DNA from: Tubulanus polymorphus
Lineage: Eukaryota > Animalia > Nemertea
DNA length: 64,000 bases
Direction: 5' to 3'
Assembly: GCF_964204645.1 (NCBI RefSeq)
Contig: NC_134030.1
Coordinates: 20,978,210-21,042,209 of the forward strand
Shown: in pieces, positions 11,701-22,300 of the stretch
Numbering within the stretch: the stretch's first letter is position 1
Layout: every line of letters begins with the position of its first letter
Notes under the pieces: model-generated
What the model was told of the DNA's origin: nothing
Database searches by the model: none
What the model saw: only the letters and a program-made list of their open reading frames with translations
Position numbers and translations under genes: made by a program

Positions 11701-14007
11701 GAGAACTCGTGTATTCATCCCCCGTGTTTGCCCCAACAATTCCGATGTACTAGTGGTCAATGTGTCAGTAAGTATAAAAGATGCGACGGAGACACTGATT
11801 GTAAAGACGGCTCGGATGAAATGGATTGCACCTCTCAACTGTGTCAGGGGTTTCTGTGTAACAGTGGCGACTGTATCAGTTCTCAGTTATATCAGGATGG
11901 TGTCGTGGATTGTAGTGGAAACCTCGAAGAAGATGAATTAGTAACAAATGCGAATATTACAGTGAATCCTACAGTTCATTGTAATGATTTGAACCAATGT
12001 ACGACTAACTTCACAAATCTCTGCACGGAATCTGATGAACAAAGATGTTCTTTCGATTCTCCTCATTGTTATTCTAGACGTGATAGATGTATTTTAGAAA
12101 GAATGTCGAATAGTTACCCAGTTTGTAGAAATCTTGAGCATATATTGAAATGTGAAAAATTTGATTGTCCAGCTGGTACTGTAAAATGTCCAGCATCGTA
12201 CTGTATACCGATGGGACAGGTGTGCGATGGTCGATCAGATTGTCCTAATTCAGAAGACGAGCGAAACTGCAAGACGTTGTCATGTCCCGGCATGTTCAAA
12301 TGTGGCCAGGAAAACCGATGTGTACCACAATCTGAAGTTTGTGATGGTGTTGTTAATTGTAAACATACCACTGATGACGAAGCTTTCTGTAACGTCACGT
12401 GTCCTGGATATTGTAAATGTCAAGGCCATTTGATCGACTGTGGAAATGGCGGTTTAACAAATATTACTGATCTTTTCTCGGCATCAAGTCGAGTTCTGAT
12501 TCTGTCGAATAACACAATTATCTTGGATATGACGACATTTTTTATTTATGTTTATCTTCGTTCGCTCAATATCTCCTTCAATAAGTTGTCTTATATTTTA
12601 CCAGACGCTTTCTCAAACCTGCATAATCTATATACGTTAGACCTGTCATATAACAACATAACATACTTATCTACAAACACATTCATTGGTTTGTATAGTT
12701 TGAAAGAGTTATTGATAACTAAAAATCCAATTAGTCACTTAGCGGACGATACATTTCAAGATTTGAAGTCTCTTAAAGATCTCGATCTTCACGGACTTTT
12801 CATATCTGTCCTTGGTCGAAATGTGTTCAGAGGTTTATCTACATTACAGTCGTTGAATATCAGCAGTAACAGAATTCATCATATTTCTCCATATGCTTTT
12901 TCGGGATTAGATGAACTTAGACTTATTGATATATCCAATAACTCTAAAATAATATCTACGGAAAAAGATATTTTCAACAATCTGACAACATTAGTCTCTT
13001 TAGCGTCTGATGCTTACAAATTTTGCTGCATGGCTCCGAATGTCGACCAGTGTCTTCCTGAAGCAGATCAATTTTCGTCCTGTTCTGATCTGATGGGTAA
13101 CACGGCCCTCAGAGCTATCATCTGGGTCATCTCCGCATTCAGTTTCTTTCTGAACAGTATCGTCATTTTATTCCGTGTTCGATCATTTCAACTTTCCTAC
13201 CCTGAAAAGCATAACACATATTCTGACATCCTCATCATTAATATCGCAGCTTGTGATTTTCTGATGTCGATGTATTTGTTTCTGATCGCGGGAGCGGATT
13301 ACGTCTATAAAGGAGTTTATTTCCTGCATTCTGAAACTTGGACGGACAGTTCGTTGTGTAGTTTCGCTGGAGTTTTGGTGACTATTTCCTGTGAAGGCTC
13401 ATTGACGTTTCTATTCATTCTAACTCGATATAGATTTTCAAAGATAGTTAATCCATTTTCTGGAAGCCCGATTACATCTCCGAAATGCGTATCCATTATC
13501 TGTTGCCTATGTTGGTTATCTATCAGCACTATTTCTATAATACCGCTGTCACAATCATCTTATTTCGGCATCAAATTCTATGGTACTACTGGAATTTGTT
13601 TACCTATGAATTTGATATCAATTGATGTCCACGCCTGGCAATACTCATTCGCTATATTTGCCGTGTTTAACTCGGTCGTACTTGCTACAATAATGATGAC
13701 GTATGCACAGATGTATAGACTCGTATCTGGAAGCAGGTCCGGCTCGGGTAGAGCTGATCCTACCGAATTGGTTCTGGCGCGTAGGAGTTTAGTGATAAAT
13801 CTGTGTAATTCATTTTGCTGGTTACCGATAATTATCGTCCAGTTTTGCGCTGTATTGCGAGTAGAAATACCGAACCAAGTGGCGGCTTGGTTGGCGGTAC
13901 TTTTCCTACCGATCAACTCGTCACTGAATCCACTTCTTTACACCATCCTCACTATTGATGTCAAATCAATTCGGGCTAGAAATAAACGGGTTTGGAGAAC
14001 TCGTTGA
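5718..14007 (+). CDS. GRL101-like: GRL101-like GPCR copy A (CUB-CTL-LDLa-LRR-7TM), 3 exons, ~1920 aa
   Basis: Exons 5718-6926 (GTGAGT donor), 9250-10566, 10771-14007; both introns phase 0 and frames join. Signal peptide MDRLRALFIASLIVWRVNIAHA; CUB motifs (SGYIVSPNYP, FRIYDG, GPYC, CGILQSPNYP); C-type lectin (WENAEMYC..GGHLLSI..MIGL..WTDG); LDLa (CDGDTDCKDGSDE etc.); LRRs (LDLSYNNI); hinge DQFSSCSDL; TM motifs CWLP, NSSLNPLLY. Confidence 0.92.
6937..8955 (-). mobile_element. 5'-truncated CR1/L2-group LINE inserted antisense in intron 1 of copy A
   Basis: ORF 7226-8608: YRPISLL, QFGFR, SKAFDT, GVPQGSVLGPILFLLYIND, LFADD, KFLGV; frameshifted upstream piece (ISNGFNNYYTNIG, ~8830-8950); (TAAA)n tail at 6937-6973; absent from intron 1 of B, C, D. 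Confidence 0.92.
7226..8608 (-). CDS. LINE reverse transcriptase domain (partial ORF2)
   Basis: RT motifs as above; no endonuclease domain, upstream frame broken. Confidence 0.85.
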   Translation of the reverse strand: MVTGVVPNALKIARVKPLYKSGEDDIFSNYRPISLLTCFSKILEKIIFTRLSSFLDKYGILSEYQFGFRKHYSTSLAVATISEKITESMDKGETTVGIFLDSSKAFDTIDHEILFNKLDHYGIRGLPLLLFKSYLSDRKQAVVIDKHTSSLSPISLGVPQGSVLGPILFLLYINDYVNASPIFQYVLFADDSNIFKSHSNPSHLELIINTELSKLVDWFKANKLSLNLKKTYYIVFNRRPCNIQMNLSIYGKPLSRVQDTKFLGVQIDEKLNWKKHISIISTTVAKNIGIIYKLSKLLPCNVLRQLYYSLIYPHLFYCNIVWGNNSESALGKLFKLQKRVIRIITKSYYLEHTGPLFKATQILKLHDINNLLVGQFVYCHSHNLLPRTFADLFELNASIHNHHTRSRTNLRLSHYHTNVKKFSLRVKGPKLWNQISHAIKTSKSLNIFKSNMKRHYISTY

Positions 14008-15254
14008 GATCTTATTTGATATGGGCCTATAACCTTTAAGTACGCGTTGTAAATATCAAAATGTTGGAACATAAACAAGTTTTTACAAACACCACTAGCA
14101 CAAGCACGGATATGTGCTGGATTTCTGTCCCAAACACTTGCGCATCGCTTCAAAAGAGACGTTTAGTGCAAAGTAATTGAATTATCCGATCTATTTCAAT
14201 GAGGTAGACGATACGCGAACTACGTAGTGCTTTCAATAATCACTAGGAGCGCTGCAAATCACTATCAGATTAGCATCTAATTTAAATATTAATTTGTAAC
14301 ACTTTAACACGATTTTCGTCGTGAAACAAATAACTCAGTGAGAACTGTTGATGATTTGTACATTAGATTCGAATAGAAAATAATAAAGTAATGTCGTATA
14401 TAAAAATATGTTGTATTATCCTGATGCAAGTGAAAAATTGTCAATCTTGCAAGTAGCAGGAAAGTTGCTTGTAGGGGGCTTATATTCTGCTCAATTCTTA
14501 TCGCGAATTTTGATTGATAGACGATTTAGATACCAGACCAACCGATTAGCAATACGAATTGTTCCAATTTCCACACATAAAACACATTTATTCGTTCCAA
14601 TGACACCAAAAAGTAGCACCTAACTACACACTGAAACAGTAGCTCATAAACTGCACTTTTTGAAGGCTCACAAGCCATCTACACAACACTTCTAGCCTAA
14701 ATTCAAAATCCAACCATATCATCCTAACAAGTACTATCTATGGTGGCTCATTTAGGCCACGCTGAGATTTTTCAAACATGCTAAATCTGAAAACAAATTT
14801 GATAACGAGAATACGAGTTTACCTTATAAAGCCTTAGGTCTAAGGTTTAGGAATGATATGATTATTTAGAAGTTAATGAATATTGTGTGAATATTATAAT
14901 ATGATGCACTTGTCTTTGTATATTTCAGTTTCTTGGTTTTTTAATGGTTTAGTTAATTAACTATAAGTTTCTAACAACATCCGTGACTTAAATTACTGGC
15001 TTCATCGCAGACCCAAAATCCATCACAGTGGTCTTAGGATTGACGAGGAGAAAGTTGTTAATTTCTTCTCTAACTAATTACACGCCTCAAAATCCGAACG
15101 AAGATCCCCGAGAACAAAATCCGAGAAATATCGATGACAACATTTTTAAGTTCAGCGAATGAAAGTAATATATGAAACAATTTTCCACACTGACCGTTTA
15201 ATTATCAAGATCGTCAAGCTTGGTGTAATACGGGTCATATTTCACGCAGACAGC
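14008..15254. repeat. Shared downstream block of the tandem unit (3' UTR and flank); copies at 25426-26658, 34392-35637, 50277-51512
   Basis: Near-identical in four copies; all end at ...CACGCAGACAGC. Confidence 0.95.
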
Positions 15255-15350
15255 TAAGTTTAACTCATACAAGTTACAGATAAACAATCGACAACTCCTC
15301 AACCATTTATTGATGAAAATAATGAAATTTGTCGCAATCGTTCTGATTAA

Positions 15351-15906
15351 CACGTTCGCTGCCGCTTCCGAGTGGGTGCGCCGCAGTTTGCCATTACGAG
15401 ATAAATCGTCATCGATTCAATGTCATTTTATAACGTAATGAATGACCTGGCAGAGGCGAGAAACCAGATAACAATTGTCTGGCAGTATGGAGAGACTAAG
15501 ATATTATTTATGGGGGCAACTCAAGTCTGGTGCGAACTTGAAATTTTTTTAAAAAAACCTTCAGAAAGCAATGAATTTAAGCTTCTTTTCCGGCCAATAT
15601 TTAGAGAGAATATAACTACTAAAATCATTCTATATCATTTATACAATAAAACTTTTATTCCTTAAGATATTTATTTGATTTTTCACACTTTTCACTGGCA
15701 ATGGGGACAAGAAATAAATTGAGAATATCTTCACCAGTGCCAGTGACGAGTTATCTCGTCATTGGTTTTTTTTCCACTTAAATAGATCAGTGTATTTATT
15801 TATCAATGTACAAATAGTGCTGGCAGTATACGTATATTGTATAATGTCAACAATAAGCGTTGGCAATGGCGACTGGACGTTAAACCGCTAGGTGGCAGCG
15901 AACGTG
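15351..15906. mobile_element. piggyBac-type MITE, copy 1
   Basis: Perfect 13-bp TIR CACGTTCGCTGCC / GGCAGCGAACGTG with TTAA on both sides (15347-15350, 15907-15910); internal palindrome TGACGAGTTATCTCGTCA. Confidence 0.9.
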
Positions 15907-16180
15907 TTAAAAGTTCTTTGCCAAAGTTTGAACAAGTATCGCAAAAATAGCTAATTCTACCATATCGAATCTTATCACCGGATAAGGTTACGAATGGGGA
16001 ACTATTCGTGTAGTCGGTATCAAAGATTACATAGCCTACGTTGTAACCCTTAGTATACCCTGAAAAAAAAGATGGCATCCACTAATTTAGAAACATTGAA
16101 TTTGTTGCAACGAAAAGCAAGATAACACAAGTATCCACAAAGGAATTGAGAATTAAACTATAAACTTAGCAAAGCATATA

Positions 16181-18357
16181 AATTGAAAATGAACTACAAA
16201 CACCAGACATTAGACATTTTATCAGCACACTTTCAAAAACTGATCGTCCACACTTCACATGTGTTCAGTGCTTCACCGGAGACATTTCTAATTCAAAATG
16301 AACTATAAACACCAGATATTAGACATTTTATCAGCACACTTTCAAAAACTGATCGTCCACACTTCACATGTGTTCAGTGCTTCACCTGAGACATTTCTAT
16401 TTGAAAATGAACCACAAACATCAGACATTAGACATTTTATCAGCACATTTTCGAAAACTTATCGTCCACACTTCACATGTGTTCAGTGCTTCACCTGAGA
16501 CATTTCTATTTGAAAATGAACCACAAACATCAGACATTAGACATTTTATCAGCACATTTTCGAAAACTGATCGTCCACACTTCACATGTGTTCAGTGCTT
16601 CACCTGAGACATTTCTAATTGAAAATGAACTACAAACACCAGATATTAGACATTTTATCAGCACACTTTCAAAAACTGATCGTCCACACTTCACATGTGT
16701 TCAGTGCTTCACCTGAGACATTTCTATTTGAAAATGAACCACAAACATCAGACATTAGACATTTTATCAGCACATTTTCGAAAACTGATCGTCCACACTT
16801 CACATGTGTTCAGTGCTTCACCTGAGACATTTCTATTTGAAAATGAACCACAAACATCAGACATTAGACATTTTATCAGCACATTTTCGAAAACTGATCG
16901 TCCACACTTCACATGTGTTCAGTGCTTCACCTGAGACATTTCTAATTGAAAATGAACTACAAACACCAGATATTAGACATTTTATCAGCACACTTTCAAA
17001 AACTGATCGTCCACACTTCACATGTGTTCAGTGCTTCACCTGAGACATTTTTAATTGAAAATGAACTACAAACACCAGATATTAGACATTTTATCAGAAC
17101 ACTTTCAAAAACTGATTGTCCACACTTCACATGTGTTCAGTGCTTCACCTGAGACATTTCTAATTGAAAATGATCTACAAACACCAGATATTAGACATTT
17201 TATCAGCACACTTTCAAAAACTGATCGTCCACACTTCACATGTGTTCAGTGCTTCACCTGAGACATTTTTAATTGAAAATGAACTACAAACACCAGATAT
17301 TAGACATTTTATCAGCACATTTTCAAAAACTGATCGTCCACACTTCACATGTGTTCAGTACTTCACTTGAGACATTTTTAATTGAAAATGAACTACGACC
17401 ACCAGACATTAGACATTTTATCAGCACACTTTCAAAAACTGATCGTCCACACTTCACATGTGTTCAGTACTTCACTTGAGACATTTTTAATTGAAAATGA
17501 ACTACAAACACCAGATATTAGACATTTTATCAGCACATTTTCAAAAACTGATCGTCCACACTTCACATGTGTTCAGTGCTTCACCTGAGACATTTCTAAT
17601 TGAAAATGAACTACGACCACCAGACATTAGACATTTTATCAGCACACTTTCAAAAACTGATCGTCCACACTTCACATGTGTTCAGTACTTCACCTGAGAC
17701 ATTTTTAATTGAAAATGAACTACGACCACCAGACATTAGACATTTTATCAGCACACTTTCAAAAACTGATCGTCCACACTTCACATGTGTTCAGTACTTC
17801 ACTTGAGACATTTTTAATTGAAAATGAACTACAAACACCAGATATTAGACATTTTATCAGCACATTTTCAAAAACTGATCGTCCACACTTCACATGTGTT
17901 CAGTGCTTCACCTGAGACATTTCTAATTGAAAATGATCTACAAACACCAGATATTAGACATTTTATCAGCACACTTTCAAAAACTGATCGTCCACACTTC
18001 ACATGTGTTCAGTGCTTCACCTGAGACATTTTTAATTGAAAATGAACTACAAACACCAGATATTAGACATTTTATCAGCACATTTTCAAAAACTGATCGT
18101 CCACACTTCACATGTGTTCAGTGCTTCACCTGAGACATTTTTAATTGAAAATGAACTACAAACACCAGATATTAGACATTTTATCAGCACACTTTCAAAA
18201 ACTGATCGTCCACACTTCACATGTGTTCAGTGCTTCACCCAAGACATATTTAACTGAAAATGAACTACAAACACCAGATATTAGACATTTTATCAGCACA
18301 CTTTTAAAAACTGATTGTCCACACTTCACATGTGTTCAGTGCTTCACCCGAGACATT
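16181..18357. repeat. 109-bp tandem satellite, ~20 units
   Basis: Unit AATTGAAAATGAACTACAAACACCAGATATTAGACATTTTATCAGCACACTTTCAAAAACTGATCGTCCACACTTCACATGTGTTCAGTGCTTCACCTGAGACATTTCT; ORF-track starts recur every 109 bp; no spacers. Confidence 0.97.
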
Positions 18358-19337
18358 ATTTATTCCTTTCTTTCTATGAAGTTGATATGAAAATAGATTC
18401 TTCCCTCTCTTCATCGTTAGCCTCTCCCAGGTAAAATGTCTTGGGGGAAATGTGCATCTCGTTGCATATAGATAGAATATCAGTAACCAACACAAGAATA
18501 AACTGACAGCATGTTAGAGATCAGAAAACTTTAACACTTTTATTTCTAAGATGTTTTTAATATTTCTACGTTTAAGCTCATACAAGGTTTATAGATTGAT
18601 CCAACCATTAATTGTTAAAGATAATAGAAGTCGTTCTTATTAAGACATCGAGCATCTTTACTGAAGTTGTTGAAAAATGTTAGGCTCACGTCGGAGGGTA
18701 AGGCTGCACTCTTCGAACGAAGGATTCTTCAGGCGTTCTTCGTAGAACCCAGGGTTACGTAAGGTGGCGGCCACTAATTAGCACTTCGGCCATATTTACT
18801 GCAACGAAAATCAAGATTACCCAATTATCTACAAAGGAACTGAGTAACCTATAAACTTAGTAAATCGTGAATGATATTTTGAGATATCCTTTCAGTTATC
18901 TAGAATTGTCAAACGAAAGTAGATTAACCTCACCGTTTTGAAACACCCTGTACACACGCGTAGAGCATCTGCGATAATTCAGAAACCGCCGAACGATGAG
19001 AAAATATTCCGGGTATTTTTGAAATATGATTGGACACAGAAATAACCACGCGTTATGAAACTGAGAATTGCTGCACAGATCGATGGTAATTACTGGGATG
19101 ATGATCGTTTGAGTCAGAGCCAACACTAATGACAGAATGATTAAAAATATCATATGCGATTTCGACAAAATATCAGCGGTTGAAAATAATTGCTGGATTT
19201 TAAAATTGCTGAGTGAAGCAAATCATGAATTTTACAAGTCAGAAATGTAAAATTCTACCTCATTTATGAATGGAACTTGAAGCTCTGTGGACAACCGAGC
19301 AGAATTTGAATAGTGAAGGAATTTCATTCATGTGCTG

Positions 19338-22300
19338 ATGGATCGACTGAGAGCGCTGTTTATAGCGTCGCTGATCGTCTGGCGAGTTAACATCGCACAC
19401 GCTGATCTGTCTGACTCTGTGACGGTCAGTTCGTCTTGTAACAACACTTGGTACCCCGTCGATTCTACGTCCGGTTACATCGTTTCACCGAATTACCCGT
19501 CGTTGACGCGCGGTGTTGAATGTCGTTGGTTCGTCAACAGCTCTTTACCGGGAACTTTCAACATTAAACTATACTACGACATCGAGCCGTCGATATTCTG
19601 TAGTGATAACTACCTTCTCGTCGGTGAGTCCGATAACAGATTCTGCGGTGAAGGAAAACATGAAATCCGCCGTAACGATTCGATCTCGTTGATGTTTAGA
19701 AGTAACGTCGATGGAGCGCGGGGTAGTCGGGTTTATGTTACATATCGCTATGAACGGAGCCGATTGAGAATCAGTCACCGCTGCCACAAATACCAGTTTC
19801 GAGTGAATGAATTGAAAACATCGACTGGATACAAATTCGCGATGTTACTACGTTACGGATGTCAGATATTTCTGGAATGGGAGGCCCTCTCGAATGATTC
19901 AGCGATGAATTTGACGCTTTTAGATTTCGACCTAAAACGCACGTCACTTTATACTAATGTCGATGCAGCGTCGGGTTTTCGAATCTATGACGGTTGGAAC
20001 ACCAGCAGTGAACCGATAGCGATTATGGGTGAACAACGTGGACATCCACCTTCATCGTTTTATACTAAAACTAACAAAGCCATTTTCACTTCGCAACGAG
20101 GCCGACGCGTTAGCACACAACTATCAGTTCAGGTGTATAGAATATCTGATTGGAACGTCTCTAATCCGTTAATTCAAATCTCTAATAACGAGTCTGGAGT
20201 GCTCATTCCTGATGACAACAGTTTACACGTAATAACTCGATCAAAACACTTACACTGCTGGTCTATCACAGTGCAGGTGTTACAGTACGTCGTCTTCAAC
20301 TGGACACGTGATCTCAGCACATCCGGTGACGTCATTGGTGTATATAAACTAGAAGGGTTACGCGTTGTAGGAACTGATATTTTACTCGGTTACAACTACC
20401 TGGAATCACTGAGTGTTAAATCTGAAGGCTTTCTCGTCATACTGTGCGTTTTAATAAGTCCGAACATCACAGAATCGAATGTACGAATCGAATTCAGAAC
20501 GGGATCAATTTTGAAAAAGTTACGCTTCACTAAACGCGTCGTAAGTGCTGATATAGTATTCAAACTTGGAAATTTGCACTTGTTATCATCCAATAACCTA
20601 CCCGATGCAAACTCCCTGTAATGATAGTAGAATGTTCATGATTAAAGCAAACATTACCATTTCACCAGTTCCCGGCGCAATACATGTTATAATCACATTT
20701 CAACAAGTTAAAGATATTCACTAGAATAATGATGAAGCGATTTATAGTGCATTGTACTTTCATGTATTTCAGATATGGCGCAAGCTGGAGACGATTTCAT
20801 TGTCACATGCGTCGCTTCTTGATAGTCTTCCACCAAAGACTTCGATCTATCGAATAAATGCGTATCAATTCAAATGGAAAGTTGAAATCTATGACATCGA
20901 TCTGGAATTAGCGGTGCTGTCTGTGAATTGTGAAAATGCTGGATTTTATATATTTGATGGTGGTAATTTCGCGGCTAGACGATACGGTCCGTATTGTCCC
21001 GGTTTAGCGGGTTATCGACGAAGTGTCGTCAGTCTGATTACATCAGGCGGTCCGGTGATCATAGTAGGGTATTTCCTTGATAATCACAGCAACCTGAAGG
21101 GTAAGGGCAGTTTGATCTTACGTCCGTCTGACTGTGACGGCTACACTCTACGGGATGGAGAACACCACGTTAGAGTGACGTCACGCTGTTTAAGCATTAC
21201 GCCTGAAAATAGACATGTTCCATCAAATGTAATTTACATATTATCACGACACGAATATCATTTGAGCTCATGTAATCCTAGTTATACGATCCCCAACTCG
21301 TGGTGTAAACAGTTCATGCCATTCAGTATTCAGCGCCTGAATAACAGTCTCATACTGCACACTGTGACGATGCGGTATTCGCGGTTGTTTGTGATATACA
21401 ATTACATCATTGAATTGAGACTTGTTTGTCAATCAGTGAAAAAACATAGCACACCATATACCTGGGAAAACGAGTGTGGAATCATGCAGTCACCAAATTA
21501 TCCAGGATCAGCGAAGAAATCTGATATCACTTTGAAATACTATCTCCTCACCGGACCAAACAGAACTCGAATTCAGTTTTACCGATTTATTGTAAAACAC
21601 TTGGAAGCGACGCCGTGCATTAAACAATTCTCATCTGATTTAGACTCCGTTTTATTCGTGGAGAATGTAATTTACGACGGAGACGTGGGGTCAACTAGGT
21701 ATGAAATTAGATTATGTAATGCATTCACTGAACTAGGAGTTATATTTCACAGTCTAGGTTGGGCAATCCAGTTTGAGGTGAAAAACAAAATACCAAAATT
21801 CCGCATACAATACATTTTACAGAAGCAGTTACGAACGAAAAGGCGCGATGATATGTGTAAATCAGGATTTCTAGATTCGGGAATTTCCTGCGTCAAATAC
21901 ATCAGAGATGAACGTCTGAATTGTGAGAACGCTGAAATGTACTGTCAACAGAAATACGGAGGACATCTTCTCAGTATCAACTCTGAACATGAAATGATTT
22001 CTGTTAAGTCATTATTTGCTACGGAACTTCTACGACAGGCATATTCACAGAAAGCGCTCATAATGATGATAGGATTGAAATTGCAGGTAATTTCCAAACA
22101 TATTTCCAACAAAGATTCCCTTGCCGAAAATCTGTCAATATTCCATCATAATTTTTTACCTAAATTTCAGCAAAATACTTATTATTACACGTGGACTGAT
22201 GGCAAACCATTGAGCTACACAGAGTGGTATGGACCTACAAATAACGAAACGATACCAGAAGTTATTCAAGGATTGATATCTCCTCTACGTAAACAACCGA

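Noticed and set aside
11125-13916. Antisense and alternate-frame ORFs inside receptor exons
   Set aside because: Shadows of the main coding frame with no recognisable motifs.
5712-14007. Three separate genes per unit (operon-like reading of the ORF track)
   Set aside because: GT-AG introns join them in frame, the lectin domain is split across intron 2, and several ORF starts are GTG/TTG inside introns.
14408-16078. Recurring ORFs MLYYPDASEK, MSFYNVMND, MPSFFSGY in each spacer
   Set aside because: They recur only because the spacer/MITE is duplicated; ends vary between copies; no domain or splice support.
16181-18357. CRISPR array or repeated small-protein genes (66-81 aa ORFs; also 36560-38300)
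   Set aside because: Contiguous 109-bp units with no unique spacers, no cas genes, eukaryotic context; ORFs shift frame each unit because 109 is not a multiple of 3.
19760-20122. Diversity-generating retroelement or V(D)J-like mechanism using the nearby RTs
   Set aside because: The RTs are ordinary LINE/Penelope types; no template repeat, adenine-specific changes or recombination signals are visible.
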